Positions 48,660 to 58,656 of a stretch of DNA of 64,000 nucleotides are shown one piece after another (positions within the stretch are counted from its first letter, which is position 1; each line of letters starts with the position of its first letter). A model generated the notes under the pieces. The model made no database searches. It saw nothing but the letters and a program-made list of their open reading frames with translations, and was not told the origin of the DNA. The position numbers and the translations under genes are program-made. Source of the DNA: a virus; the IMG/VR virus record IMGVR_UViG_3300042691_047309, positions 111,895 to 175,894 of that record; one strand, written 5' to 3'.

Positions 48660-48913
48660 AAGTAAAGTGTTTATCTAATGAAAGTTGGGATCTTCTTCAC
48701 AATTTGCGTGATAAACTAACGATTGGTAAAATATATGATGTTATAAAAATTGAACAAATACCATTCTCACCACATAGATATGATGATCCAAGTGGTCCCT
48801 TTTATAGAATAAAATGTGATAATGGAGAAATAAAACACATTGATGCAAATAGATTTCGCGAATTGACTATGTATGAAAAAAGAGAATTAAAATTGAAAGA
48901 TTTAGGTATATGA
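48656..48913 (+). CDS. small SH3-like protein with C-terminal RELKLKDLGI
   Basis: VKC...LTIGKIYDV...IKCDNG; paralogous to the next ORF. Confidence 0.55.
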   Translation: MKVKCLSNESWDLLHNLRDKLTIGKIYDVIKIEQIPFSPHRYDDPSGPFYRIKCDNGEIKHIDANRFRELTMYEKRELKLKDLGI

Positions 48914-49143
48914 GAAAGTTTTATAAAATAGTTTGTATAAATAATAAACCAATTCCCGGTAGTAGCGAAAGAACTCAAAGCCTCACGGAAGGAAAAGTCT
49001 ATCAAACTTATGACAATCCAGATTATAGAGATGTTTGTGTTGTAAATGATAAAGGAATAGAAGTAAACTATTCGAGTTCTAGATTTATAACATTAGAAGA
49101 ATTTAGAGAAAATAAATTAAATAAAATATTAGAATGCAGTTAA
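48910..49143 (+). CDS. small SH3-like protein with C-terminal RENKLNKIL
   Basis: IVC...LTEGKVY...VVNDKG...RF. Confidence 0.55.
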   Translation: MRKFYKIVCINNKPIPGSSERTQSLTEGKVYQTYDNPDYRDVCVVNDKGIEVNYSSSRFITLEEFRENKLNKILECS

Positions 49144-49472
49144 TACTTGGAATATTATTTGGAACATTAGCACAAATACTTGTTTTTTTTCAGATACAAG
49201 GTAGTTTGAAATATCCTTTCTTACAGAATAATCAATGGATAGTTCTGCTTTCTGGTGTTCCAATAACTTGGCTTTTTGTAGAATCGGTAAAATATATTTA
49301 CGATTGGAGTGGAGGTCAACTTTGGCCCGGAAGACTTATCGGATTTTCAATTGGTATAGTTGTCTTCACAGCGATGTCAATTATATTATTTGGAGAGGGA
49401 ATAAGTGCTAAAACTGGAATTTGTTTAGTTCTATCAGTTTTGATTCTACTTATACAAATTTTTTGGAAATGA
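49134..49472 (+). CDS. four-TM membrane protein (DMT/SMR-like)
   Basis: 112 aa, four hydrophobic helices, LFGE. Confidence 0.55.
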   Translation: MQLILGILFGTLAQILVFFQIQGSLKYPFLQNNQWIVLLSGVPITWLFVESVKYIYDWSGGQLWPGRLIGFSIGIVVFTAMSIILFGEGISAKTGICLVLSVLILLIQIFWK

Positions 49473-49498
49473 ATATAAATAAAAAATAAAATAATATT

Positions 49499-51262
49499 AT
49501 GAATGTATTAAGAGGTGGTGAGTTTTTGATTAAAGAATCAAACTGTGATGAAACTTTTATACCAGAAGAGTTTAATGAAGAGCAATTGATGATTGCTGAG
49601 ATGTGTGAAGACTTCATCGAAACAGAAGTTTATCCTAATCTAGATAGAATCGATTCAATGGAAGATGGTCTGATGGTTTCTATTTTGGACAAAGCTGGTG
49701 AATTAGGATTATTAAGCATTTCAATCCCTGAAGAACTAGGTGGAATGGGTTCCGACTTTGTAACTTCAATGATTACAACTGAAAAAACTGGAACTGGTCA
49801 CTCTGCGGCTGTTGCACTTTCAGCTCACACTGGAATTGGAACTTTACCAATACTATACTTTGGAAGTGATGAACAAAAATTAAAGTATATTCCAAAATTA
49901 GCCACTGGTGAATTAAAGGCTTGTTATTGCTTGACAGAGCCAAATGCGGGTAGTGATGCTAATAGTGGAAAAACCAAAGCGGTGTTGAATGGTGATAAGT
50001 CTAAATATCTAATCACAGGACAAAAAATGTGGATAACAAACTCGGGGTTTGCTGATATATTTGTTGTTTTTGCTAAAATTGATGATGATAAAAATCTATC
50101 AGCATTTATTGTTGAAAAAGAATATTCAGGTATTTCTTTAAATCCTGAGGAAAAGAAAATGGGTATTAAAGGTTCTTCAACTCGACAAGTATTCTTTAAT
50201 AACTGTGAAGTTCCGGTGAAAAATTTACTTGGTAAAAGAGAAGATGGTTTTAAAATTGCACTTAATATTCTCAATATCGGTAGAATTAAATTAGCAGGAG
50301 CTACACTTGGTTCATCTAAAAAGGTCATCGAAGATACAATTAAGTATTCGCTTGAAAGAGAACAGTTTGGAAGACCAATTGCTAAATACTCTGCGATAAA
50401 AAATAAAATTGCAAATCAAATTATTAAAACATACGCATCAGAATCAGCGCTATATAGAGTATCAAAAAATATTGATGACTTAATCAACCAATCAATTGCT
50501 AATGGTAAAACTAAATCCGAATCATTACTAGATGCTATTAAAGAATATGCTTCTGAAGCAGCTATGTTAAAAGTACATGGCTCTGAAACATTGGATTATG
50601 TAGTAGATGAAGGAGTTCAGGTATATGGTGGTATGGGGTATTCCGCAGAGGCTCCTATGGATAGAGCATATAGAGATTCGAGAATTAATAGAATATTTGA
50701 AGGGACAAATGAGATTAACAGAATGTTATCAGTTGATTTTATACTAAAAAAGGCAATGAAAGGTGAATTAGATTTAATGTCACATGCTACAAAGATAGCT
50801 GGTGATTTGATGTCTATTCCGGATTTTTCAACTGAAGAAGAATCAACCTTTGATAAACATAAAAAATATATCAAAAACTTTAAGAAGATATTATTAATGA
50901 TAGCAGGGGCTGCTGTGCAGAAATTAATGATGACTTTATCAAAAGAACAAGAGATACTAATGAATCTATCTGATATTATGATTGAAACATACGTATCCGA
51001 ATCTCTTTTACTAAGAGTTGAAAAATTAGTAAAACTAAGAGGTGAAGAAAACTGCCAGTATGAAATTGAAATTATGAAGAGTTATATTTATGATGCTTCT
51101 GATAAAATTAACAAATTAGGAAAAGATACACTAAATTCATTTTCATCAGGTGATGATTTAAGAATAATGTTAATGGGTTTGAAAAGATTTACAAAACAAG
51201 ATCCTTTTAATATTACAAAGTCTAAAAGACTTATCTCTGAAGTTGCAATGAGTAAAAACTAA
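49499..51262 (+). CDS. acyl-CoA dehydrogenase (VLCAD-like)
   Basis: YCLTEPNAGSDA, GQKMWITN, KMGIKGSST, REQFG, GGMGY, RIFEGTNEI. Confidence 0.95.
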   Translation: MNVLRGGEFLIKESNCDETFIPEEFNEEQLMIAEMCEDFIETEVYPNLDRIDSMEDGLMVSILDKAGELGLLSISIPEELGGMGSDFVTSMITTEKTGTGHSAAVALSAHTGIGTLPILYFGSDEQKLKYIPKLATGELKACYCLTEPNAGSDANSGKTKAVLNGDKSKYLITGQKMWITNSGFADIFVVFAKIDDDKNLSAFIVEKEYSGISLNPEEKKMGIKGSSTRQVFFNNCEVPVKNLLGKREDGFKIALNILNIGRIKLAGATLGSSKKVIEDTIKYSLEREQFGRPIAKYSAIKNKIANQIIKTYASESALYRVSKNIDDLINQSIANGKTKSESLLDAIKEYASEAAMLKVHGSETLDYVVDEGVQVYGGMGYSAEAPMDRAYRDSRINRIFEGTNEINRMLSVDFILKKAMKGELDLMSHATKIAGDLMSIPDFSTEEESTFDKHKKYIKNFKKILLMIAGAAVQKLMMTLSKEQEILMNLSDIMIETYVSESLLLRVEKLVKLRGEENCQYEIEIMKSYIYDASDKINKLGKDTLNSFSSGDDLRIMLMGLKRFTKQDPFNITKSKRLISEVAMSKN

Positions 51263-51272
51263 AATATTATCA

Positions 51273-51566
51273 GTGATTAACAATTGGATTATAAAGGATA
51301 GAATAAAAAGTGGTATAATTTCATTTGAGGTTGGTGATGAAATAGTTATTTTTTGGAGAAAAGGAAATGGCTATCCGAGAACTATAATTGATAATAAAAT
51401 ATACGTTATCAGTAGAATTGAATCTGATAATTTATTTTTAAACGAAAAAAATATTATAAACTCAAAACATTTTCCATTAAGAGTGCATAAAACCTATATG
51501 ATACCTCTGTATGTTTTAAGAGAAATCAAATTAAATAGTCTGTTTGACGAAACAAAGTTAATATAA
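51273..51566 (+). CDS. hypothetical protein with LREIKLNSLFD motif
   Basis: 97 aa. Confidence 0.5.
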   Translation: MINNWIIKDRIKSGIISFEVGDEIVIFWRKGNGYPRTIIDNKIYVISRIESDNLFLNEKNIINSKHFPLRVHKTYMIPLYVLREIKLNSLFDETKLI

Positions 51567-51598
51567 TAAAATATAAAATAAAAAATAAAAAATTCTAA

Positions 51599-52777
51599 AT
51601 GGGAAAATTAGCCTTAAATTTTATTTGTAAAGATGAATCACATGTCATCGAAAAAATGCTAGAAAGTAATAAATCCATAGTTGATTTAGTAGTTTGTAAT
51701 GACACTGGTTCAACTGATGGTACTCAAGATATAATTAAAAACTGGGGAGAAAAAAATAACATTCCAACTTACGTTTTTGAAAGACCGTTCGATGATTTCG
51801 AAAAAAGTAGAAATCATGCGATGCAGAAACTTAAAGATGTTGTTGCTGAACTAAAATGGAATCCAAATGATGTACATGGTTACTGGTGTGACTGTGATGA
51901 AACGGTTGTCATTGATCCTAAATTCAATAAAAATCAATTCAAAAATGACCTTTATATGATTAACACTTATATCGGTCAAATGAAATATACCAGAAATACA
52001 TTCTTTAGAGTATCACTTCCCTTTAAATGGTATGGACCCGTTCATGAGTTCATTGTATGTGATAAGAAAGATATTACTTCTGGTTTAGCTGAAGGTATCC
52101 ATGTTGATGTTAAAATGACAGGTAATTCCTGGAAAGGTAATATCCCTACAAAATACAAATCACATGCCTTTGTTTTAGAGAAATATATTGATGAGAACAG
52201 ACAAGATCCTCGTTGGATATTCTATACAGCTCAGTCTTATCACGACTCAGCTTCTATCCCGGATAATAAAGAGGAAAATGAAGAAAGATTAAGAAGAGCT
52301 CTTAAATATTATAGAGAGAGAACAAATAGATTCGATGGATATGCGGAAGAAAACTACTATTCTCAATACAGAATCGGTACTATTATGAGAGTTTTAGAAG
52401 ATCCGTGGCACTTGACTATGCAGGAATGTCTCAAAGCTTACTCAATGGATCCAGTTAGGGGAGAATCTATCAAAACTATCATAGACCATTACTTACAAGT
52501 TGGTGAATGGAATTTAGCTTATCTATATACAAAATTTGCTAAAGAAAATTTTCACGGCAAAAATCCTTACCCATCAAGATTACTCTTTGTCGATGAGGCA
52601 CTTTACGCTTGGAAGTTTGCAGAAGCTCACGCAGCCGCGAGTTTCTACACTGGTAGAATGGAAGAAGCTAAGGGTAATTATCAGGAAATTCTAAAAGCAA
52701 TGAAAACTCATCCACAGTGTTTCACACCAGAAGATATAAAAAAGGTTGAAATGAACGGTCAGTTTTTTAACAGATGA
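51599..52777 (+). CDS. GT2-family glycosyltransferase with TPR-like C-terminus
   Basis: ICKDES, DTGSTDGT, DFEKSRN, DCDE, WYGPVHE, FYTAQSY. Confidence 0.85.
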   Translation: MGKLALNFICKDESHVIEKMLESNKSIVDLVVCNDTGSTDGTQDIIKNWGEKNNIPTYVFERPFDDFEKSRNHAMQKLKDVVAELKWNPNDVHGYWCDCDETVVIDPKFNKNQFKNDLYMINTYIGQMKYTRNTFFRVSLPFKWYGPVHEFIVCDKKDITSGLAEGIHVDVKMTGNSWKGNIPTKYKSHAFVLEKYIDENRQDPRWIFYTAQSYHDSASIPDNKEENEERLRRALKYYRERTNRFDGYAEENYYSQYRIGTIMRVLEDPWHLTMQECLKAYSMDPVRGESIKTIIDHYLQVGEWNLAYLYTKFAKENFHGKNPYPSRLLFVDEALYAWKFAEAHAAASFYTGRMEEAKGNYQEILKAMKTHPQCFTPEDIKKVEMNGQFFNR

Positions 52778-53253
52778 TTAAGTTAATAGTTGCAATATCA
52801 AAGAATAGAGTTATTGGTGATTCGAATAAACTAATTTGGAATTTACCAGCAGACTTAAAACGATTTAAGGAAATCACAACAGGTCATCCAATTGTTATGG
52901 GTAGAAAAACCTATCAATCAATTGGAAGACCTCTTCCTAATCGTAGAAACATTATTATAACAAGAGATGAGAGTTATGAAGTTGATGGATGTGAAGTCGT
53001 CAATTCTGTTGAAGAAGCTCTTTTACTTACGAATAATGATTGCTTTATAATTGGTGGTGGTGAAATTTACAAACAAACCTTACATATTGCTGACCAGATT
53101 TATATGACCGAAGTTCATGAAGAATTTGTTGGTGATACTACTTTTCCAGAACTAACTGCTGTTTGGTATGTGTCTAAAGAAGAAAAGTTCTTAGCAGACA
53201 AAAAAAATAATTACAACTATTCATTTATTTTTTATGAAAAATTTGAATTCTAA
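52774..53253 (+). CDS. folA: dihydrofolate reductase
   Basis: VIG, WNLPADLKRFK, MGRKTY, PLPNR, IGGGEIY, GDTTFP. Confidence 0.95.
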   Translation: MIKLIVAISKNRVIGDSNKLIWNLPADLKRFKEITTGHPIVMGRKTYQSIGRPLPNRRNIIITRDESYEVDGCEVVNSVEEALLLTNNDCFIIGGGEIYKQTLHIADQIYMTEVHEEFVGDTTFPELTAVWYVSKEEKFLADKKNNYNYSFIFYEKFEF

Positions 53254-53806
53254 AGGTAAACTTATAATGATAATCGGGGCACCTGCTTCTGGTAAATCAA
53301 CATTGGCTTCTGAAGTTCATACTGAACTAAAGAAAAGAAATAAGAACTCTATTTTTATTAGTGAAGTCGCTACAGATTTTATTGCAGAATATGGAATACC
53401 AAACACACCAATTGATCAGATGGTTATATTTTATAAACAATTGAATAAAGAAACAATGTTTTTAGATTCAAAGGAGTTCATTGTTTGTGATTCGAGTTCT
53501 ATCTTAAACTATTTTTACTTTAGAAAATTATTCCCTGAGAAGTTATCCAATAAAGATATTGCTTCTATTAATCATCTTCAAAAAGAAATATTAAAACATA
53601 TTAATACAATTGACTATATCTTTTATGTACCACCTATGATAGATATCGATACTAATGATGGTATTAGGTATCACAAAGAAGATGATATAAAGAGATTAGA
53701 TAGATGGATTAAGTCTTATTTAGAATTAGAAAATATAAATCATACTGATTTATCTGAAGTGAAAGTAAATGATAGATTAGATTTTATTTTAAAAGAATTA
53801 CTATAA
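53234..53806 (+). CDS. NadR-like / AAA_28 P-loop kinase
   Basis: GAPASGKST, SEVA, VCDSS, DGIR. Confidence 0.75.
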   Translation: MKNLNSKGKLIMIIGAPASGKSTLASEVHTELKKRNKNSIFISEVATDFIAEYGIPNTPIDQMVIFYKQLNKETMFLDSKEFIVCDSSSILNYFYFRKLFPEKLSNKDIASINHLQKEILKHINTIDYIFYVPPMIDIDTNDGIRYHKEDDIKRLDRWIKSYLELENINHTDLSEVKVNDRLDFILKELL

Positions 53807-54127
53807 TCCATCCTCATCGTGACTGTGTGAAGAATGACCTGTTCGGGTTGATTTATACTGATTCCACATCTCCATATAATCCTCTTCATCTTCGATTTTA
53901 TCAAATATATCAACTGGCTTTTCATGTTCTTCTTCATTATCTGTCGATGATAAAGATCCATGAAAAATCTCACCCGGTTTAATATTTTCATCCAACCAAT
54001 TCTCAAATTCCTCAACCTCATCGATTGTACAACCAAGTCTCTTAGATATATCATCATAAGTTAGTGGTATGAACATTGATTCTTTATTTCCACTCACAAA
54101 TTCTAAAAATAATTTTATCTTCTTCAT
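53801..54127 (-). CDS. acidic putative virion protein (MKKIKLFLEF tag)
   Basis: 108 aa; TAATATATA at 54132-54140 (-). Confidence 0.55.
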   Translation of the reverse strand: MKKIKLFLEFVSGNKESMFIPLTYDDISKRLGCTIDEVEEFENWLDENIKPGEIFHGSLSSTDNEEEHEKPVDIFDKIEDEEDYMEMWNQYKSTRTGHSSHSHDEDGL

Positions 54128-54218
54128 AAGGTATATATTAAAAAAAATTAGACAAAAAAGAAACCCAAGAAAATCATTCTTGGGTCGGTCTAAGAATACT
54201 ATTCTTAGAGTGGTTTGT

Positions 54219-54866
54219 TTATTTACTTAGTAGTCTAATTAAATCCTCAGTGATTTTAGTAATCATTTTCTTACCATCTAAAGTAATAGTAGGAATGTTT
54301 TTTACCATAGAATATTTATCATTACCATCAACATAAATAGCCTCAACAAGCTTTTGAATCTTTGGTTCGTTTGAATATTTTTTCAAGTAATATGTTTTTA
54401 ATTCGTTAACAAATTTAGTTAAATCAACACCTTCTTTGTAGTTGTATTTGACCATTTGTAATTCATTATCTTGTTTTTCAACCATCAAATACCAAATTGA
54501 CTTCTTAGAAACTTTAACATTTTCTAAGAAGTTATAAGCTTTTGATGCCTTAACATTTTTTGGGAATTTAGCAACTTTGCCAGTAAAATCAACTTTTGAT
54601 TCATGAGTCTCTTCGTCTAAATCTATATCGTTTTCAAAATCATCAGAATCCTCATCTATTTCTAAATTTTGGTCTTGAGGTATGATATTCTTTCTAGAAG
54701 TTAATCTCTCAACTCTGTTGGAGTCTTTTGATAAATTCGGATTCATTGGTATGTCACTATCACTATCTGGTGATTGAGGCAAAGAAGCATCTACCTCTTC
54801 CATTTTAGATTTACCTTTAATTTCAGAGAATTTCTTAAAACCAACTACTTTTTTATTTTCCGCCAT
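54219..54866 (-). CDS. putative virion protein
   Basis: KKVVGFKKFSE near N-terminus; TAATATATA at 54889-54897 (-). Confidence 0.5.
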   Translation of the reverse strand: MAENKKVVGFKKFSEIKGKSKMEEVDASLPQSPDSDSDIPMNPNLSKDSNRVERLTSRKNIIPQDQNLEIDEDSDDFENDIDLDEETHESKVDFTGKVAKFPKNVKASKAYNFLENVKVSKKSIWYLMVEKQDNELQMVKYNYKEGVDLTKFVNELKTYYLKKYSNEPKIQKLVEAIYVDGNDKYSMVKNIPTITLDGKKMITKITEDLIRLLSK

Positions 54867-54915
54867 TAATTCAATTTATTTTATTCTTTATATATTAAAA
54901 CTCGAAATTAGTTTT

Positions 54916-55170
54916 TTAACCTTTACCTTTATAATGATATTTATCTACCATATAATTTCTCCAATTCTTGATGATGTTCATTTTATCAAAAAACAAAGCC
55001 ATTAATGGTTGGAGTCTATCTAAAAATCCAGCCATTGTCTTATTTTCGTAAATATATGGTGAGAGTGATTTATTCAAAATATCATTTTCATAGTCAAAGT
55101 TAGGTGTTTCTGAATCATGTATATGCTTCATAAATTTTAATTCTGGTAGTTGCCTTCTATCGTATAACAT
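54916..55170 (-). CDS. hypothetical protein, possibly baseplate-associated
   Basis: 84 aa, translationally coupled to the wedge gene. Confidence 0.5.
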   Translation of the reverse strand: MLYDRRQLPELKFMKHIHDSETPNFDYENDILNKSLSPYIYENKTMAGFLDRLQPLMALFFDKMNIIKNWRNYMVDKYHYKGKG

Positions 55171-56924
55171 TATCTTCCTTTATTTTTAACATCTACAGTT
55201 CCAGTGAAGAACACATTTAACCCACATATATTAGATGTTGATATTGGATCTTCATCTGTATAGAAAGATCCATTTCTGTCATAAAAATTTCCTCTCAATA
55301 CTGGTATTTCGCTTGGTTCGAAAATAATATCGCCTAATTGAGAGTCGATACCAAGTATTTTATTTGGATCGTAAGAGTTTGGTGATGAAGAAGGATCACT
55401 TCCGAAGTTTGACTCATCAAAAGAAGCTCTACTCAAAAGTGACTTTTGACCTTCTATGTGGTAATCTTCATTCTTTTTACAAACAAATTCTACTTTTACT
55501 GAGTTGATATCAGCGATATTGGAAAGTAATTTAACAATATCTGATTTTGGAATTCTATCAATTTTATTAAGAGATAAGAAATAATTTGATATTTGACCTA
55601 CTATTTGTGCTTTGACAGCGTCGGTTGTTGAATCTGAATAGTTGATAACCCAAACATTCATTACATAAAAAGACAATGTAGGTGACTTTACTATAAATTT
55701 CTTTGTTAATTGAATATTTCCACCTGATTTTAGGTAAGTGATTATTTTATTACGCTCATAAGAGTCTAACTCAAATGCTGATGTCTTTACTTTACCTGAT
55801 TCAAAAGTGTTTTGAATCGGAATATTAAAGTAACTCTCATCATCTCTTTTAAACAAGTTTATGTTAGGTACAAGATATATAAAAACGGTACCATTTTTTT
55901 CTTCAGCATTGACGTGTGTGAAGATACCAAGTTTTTTCAACTCATAAGCATACTGTTGAGGTAGAGCCAATACAAAGTTATTAGAGGCTATTGGTAGAAG
56001 ACTTCTAGTAAATAAATAGTTTTCTCTATCCGCTCCAAAATTGATATCATTATAAATTTCTATGTCAAATATTTTTTCTAACTCCACAGTGTCGCCACCT
56101 ATGTCAAAAATATCATCAATAATTGACCAGTCATTAACAGTCCTTCTATAGATGTTGCCTATTGCACCATCAGAACAAAGGTATCTAACAATGATTTCAG
56201 AAGATATAGAAGGTATCCTACCAAATCCACCATTACCAAAAATGATATCAATTCCACCATCAAATGATGTTCTCACTACACAAGACCTTTCATTTGGTAG
56301 TAAGTCATAGACATGTTTTTTTAATTCAAAAATAATACCATCGACCGAAACTTCAACATTAAAGTTTTCAATATCTTTTTCACCGATCTCTTGAACATTA
56401 TAAGTTTGCATCTGAGAACCATCACCTGTAAAGACTTGGCTTTTCCACTCTCCTTGTATAATAGGAATAGGAATAAACTTAGTATTATTGACGTTATATT
56501 CCAATTTGAATTTACCTATATTGAATGAGTAAAATAAGTTATTTGTTTTATTTTTTATTTTTGTTTTGTTATTTAATACGATAACTCCACTTGGTAGTTC
56601 TTTCTCAATATCAATTGAGGTTTTTTTAATTAATCTAATTGTCCCAGTAGAACTAATTGAACGAAATGGAATATGACCAGCTAAAATTGCAGTATTCTTA
56701 ATCACTCTTTCGTTGGTGCTATTGAACTTATTCAAATCTAATTGACTTATTGTATTTTTTAGATACAACAACGAAAGTTGATGTAGATTTTCAATCACAG
56801 CAAGTACCTGACCATAAGGGGAAGCAGGACTATATAAAAGACTAGCCTTATTGTGCTCCTCTCTTAAGTATCTTTCTACTTCGTTTTTAATATTCGAAAA
56901 GGATATGGAAGAAAATGCTGTCAT
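55170..56924 (-). CDS. baseplate wedge subunit, T4 gp6-like
   Basis: F..IKNEV..YL; IIQGE; GDGSQMQ; IIFGNGGFGRIP; YLCSDGAIGN; GADRE. Confidence 0.7.
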   Translation of the reverse strand: MTAFSSISFSNIKNEVERYLREEHNKASLLYSPASPYGQVLAVIENLHQLSLLYLKNTISQLDLNKFNSTNERVIKNTAILAGHIPFRSISSTGTIRLIKKTSIDIEKELPSGVIVLNNKTKIKNKTNNLFYSFNIGKFKLEYNVNNTKFIPIPIIQGEWKSQVFTGDGSQMQTYNVQEIGEKDIENFNVEVSVDGIIFELKKHVYDLLPNERSCVVRTSFDGGIDIIFGNGGFGRIPSISSEIIVRYLCSDGAIGNIYRRTVNDWSIIDDIFDIGGDTVELEKIFDIEIYNDINFGADRENYLFTRSLLPIASNNFVLALPQQYAYELKKLGIFTHVNAEEKNGTVFIYLVPNINLFKRDDESYFNIPIQNTFESGKVKTSAFELDSYERNKIITYLKSGGNIQLTKKFIVKSPTLSFYVMNVWVINYSDSTTDAVKAQIVGQISNYFLSLNKIDRIPKSDIVKLLSNIADINSVKVEFVCKKNEDYHIEGQKSLLSRASFDESNFGSDPSSSPNSYDPNKILGIDSQLGDIIFEPSEIPVLRGNFYDRNGSFYTDEDPISTSNICGLNVFFTGTVDVKNKGR

Positions 56925-56925
56925 A

Positions 56926-57246
56926 TTAGTTTAGTTTTTCTAAATAATCGGATGAGAATCTATTTTTAGTGAAAATATCACTTACGTCGTTAGTAAAGTT
57001 AGATACAGAGGATTTTCTCTCCACTACTTGTGAATCATTTTCAAGTGGATTTGATTTATAGTTCCACTCAAATTCGTCAGAGTTTAAATCTTGTTTCTTG
57101 AACTCTAATTTTAAATTTTTATTTTCCTCATTGATGATCATCTCAATAAATGATACACCTTTAATAAACTTTTCATTTACTATAACTTCACCATAGAGTG
57201 ATTCTAACTCACTATGTAACTTATTTATGTTCTCTTTGAATTTCAT
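56926..57246 (-). CDS. hypothetical late protein
   Basis: 106 aa; TAATATATA at 57266-57274 (-). Confidence 0.5.
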   Translation of the reverse strand: MKFKENINKLHSELESLYGEVIVNEKFIKGVSFIEMIINEENKNLKLEFKKQDLNSDEFEWNYKSNPLENDSQVVERKSSVSNFTNDVSDIFTKNRFSSDYLEKLN

Positions 57247-57360
57247 ACAGATTAAAAATTTATTTTATATATTAAATACGTATTCCTTCAATTAAATTGA
57301 TATTTAAAAAAATGGGTATTTTCTAAAAAAATATATATAATAAACAGAACTTTTAATAAA

Positions 57361-58080
57361 ATGAGTATTAAGGAAATATCCGAAATTTTTGAGAAATATG
57401 GTTATAAAGGTGGGATTTTTATAATAATTATCTTTCTTTTGATTCTATTGGTAAAAAGCAAATGGTTTTCTGATTTCTTCTCTAAGATTTCGGATAAGTT
57501 TGTTGAAAGACTAATGAGAAATAAAGTTAAAGATATTAGTGTAGTGTCGAAATCTATAACTGACTCTGATATTACAAATCACGATATTTTTAATTATATT
57601 GACTTTTGGATGTATTCGAAGGTTCCAACTTTGCAATTCTCAACAGACTATAGAACTGCAGTATTTAGAAAATACTTAACAATTTATCTAAAATCTTACA
57701 AAAAAAATATTTCAGACTTCGTTCTTACAAAAGATTATCAAAATATGGATGATGCTAAAGTTTGGAAAGCTCTACTTAATTTAATAAATAAAACAGTATT
57801 TGATTATGAAAGAGAATGTTTAGAAGTTGGAATTCCAAAAATCATCATAGATAAGATGAAAGTTAAAAATAACGATAATATAACTTTAACATTTGATTTG
57901 ATTGAAGGTGTTTGTGGATCTCAATTTTATGATTCAGATAAGAATTTACTGAAAGTATATTCTATATTAAACATTCTATTATCAGTTTTGGAAAATACGA
58001 TTAGTAACTCAGAGAGTGTTTGTAATTCAATTAATGGACAACTAAAAGGTTTGAATTTTGAAGGTAGAACAGAACCTTAA
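57361..58080 (+). CDS. single-TM protein with a large soluble domain
   Basis: GGIFIIIIFLLILLV; AATATATA upstream. Confidence 0.5.
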   Translation: MSIKEISEIFEKYGYKGGIFIIIIFLLILLVKSKWFSDFFSKISDKFVERLMRNKVKDISVVSKSITDSDITNHDIFNYIDFWMYSKVPTLQFSTDYRTAVFRKYLTIYLKSYKKNISDFVLTKDYQNMDDAKVWKALLNLINKTVFDYERECLEVGIPKIIIDKMKVKNNDNITLTFDLIEGVCGSQFYDSDKNLLKVYSILNILLSVLENTISNSESVCNSINGQLKGLNFEGRTEP

Positions 58081-58625
58081 TCCATTAAATCATAAACATC
58101 ATCAGCTGTGAATTCATGATCTCTAATCTTTAAGTCATAGTCAGTAAAGCTTTGAAAGTCTAGTTCATCAGCGTCTAATCTTCTTTTGATAGAGTCATTT
58201 TTATCTTCTCTTTTGAATAGTCTTGATTCTCTTACACTTCGGTCTATGTCTAAATAGACAACGAAACAATTTTTTCTTTGTTCAGTTGTTATGTTTTTAA
58301 ACTCACCTGGTGTCATTATTAGAACCTGTGAATTATCAAACTCTTCTTGGGTTATTCCATAATACCAATTTTCAGGAGATTTTCCTTCTGGTGTTACTTG
58401 AAACTTCTGATAAGCTAAGAATTTATTTTCATTTATTGATTGTACGAACTGAAAATCAGAAACAAAGTTATAATCTATACCAGGTTTTTCAAATTTACGA
58501 ACAGGTCTAGTAGTCCATTTAAGACAAGGTTTTAATCCTTTTTCTACAAGTTTTCTGACTAGAAAAGATTTACCACTACCGGTTTTTCCGATAACTATAC
58601 ACTTTTCTTTTTTTGATTTATCCAT
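58077..58625 (-). CDS. gmk: guanylate kinase
   Basis: GKTGSGKS, TTRPVR.FE..GIDYNF, WYYG, RRLDAD. Confidence 0.85.
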   Translation of the reverse strand: MDKSKKEKCIVIGKTGSGKSFLVRKLVEKGLKPCLKWTTRPVRKFEKPGIDYNFVSDFQFVQSINENKFLAYQKFQVTPEGKSPENWYYGITQEEFDNSQVLIMTPGEFKNITTEQRKNCFVVYLDIDRSVRESRLFKREDKNDSIKRRLDADELDFQSFTDYDLKIRDHEFTADDVYDLMD

Positions 58626-58656
58626 TATCTATTATAACAGATAATTTTAGAAAGTT

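Noticed and set aside
43312-53806. Bacterial chromosome segment
   Set aside because: Metabolic genes are interleaved with phage-type tagged ORFs and share promoter motifs with flanking virion genes; no housekeeping operon structure.
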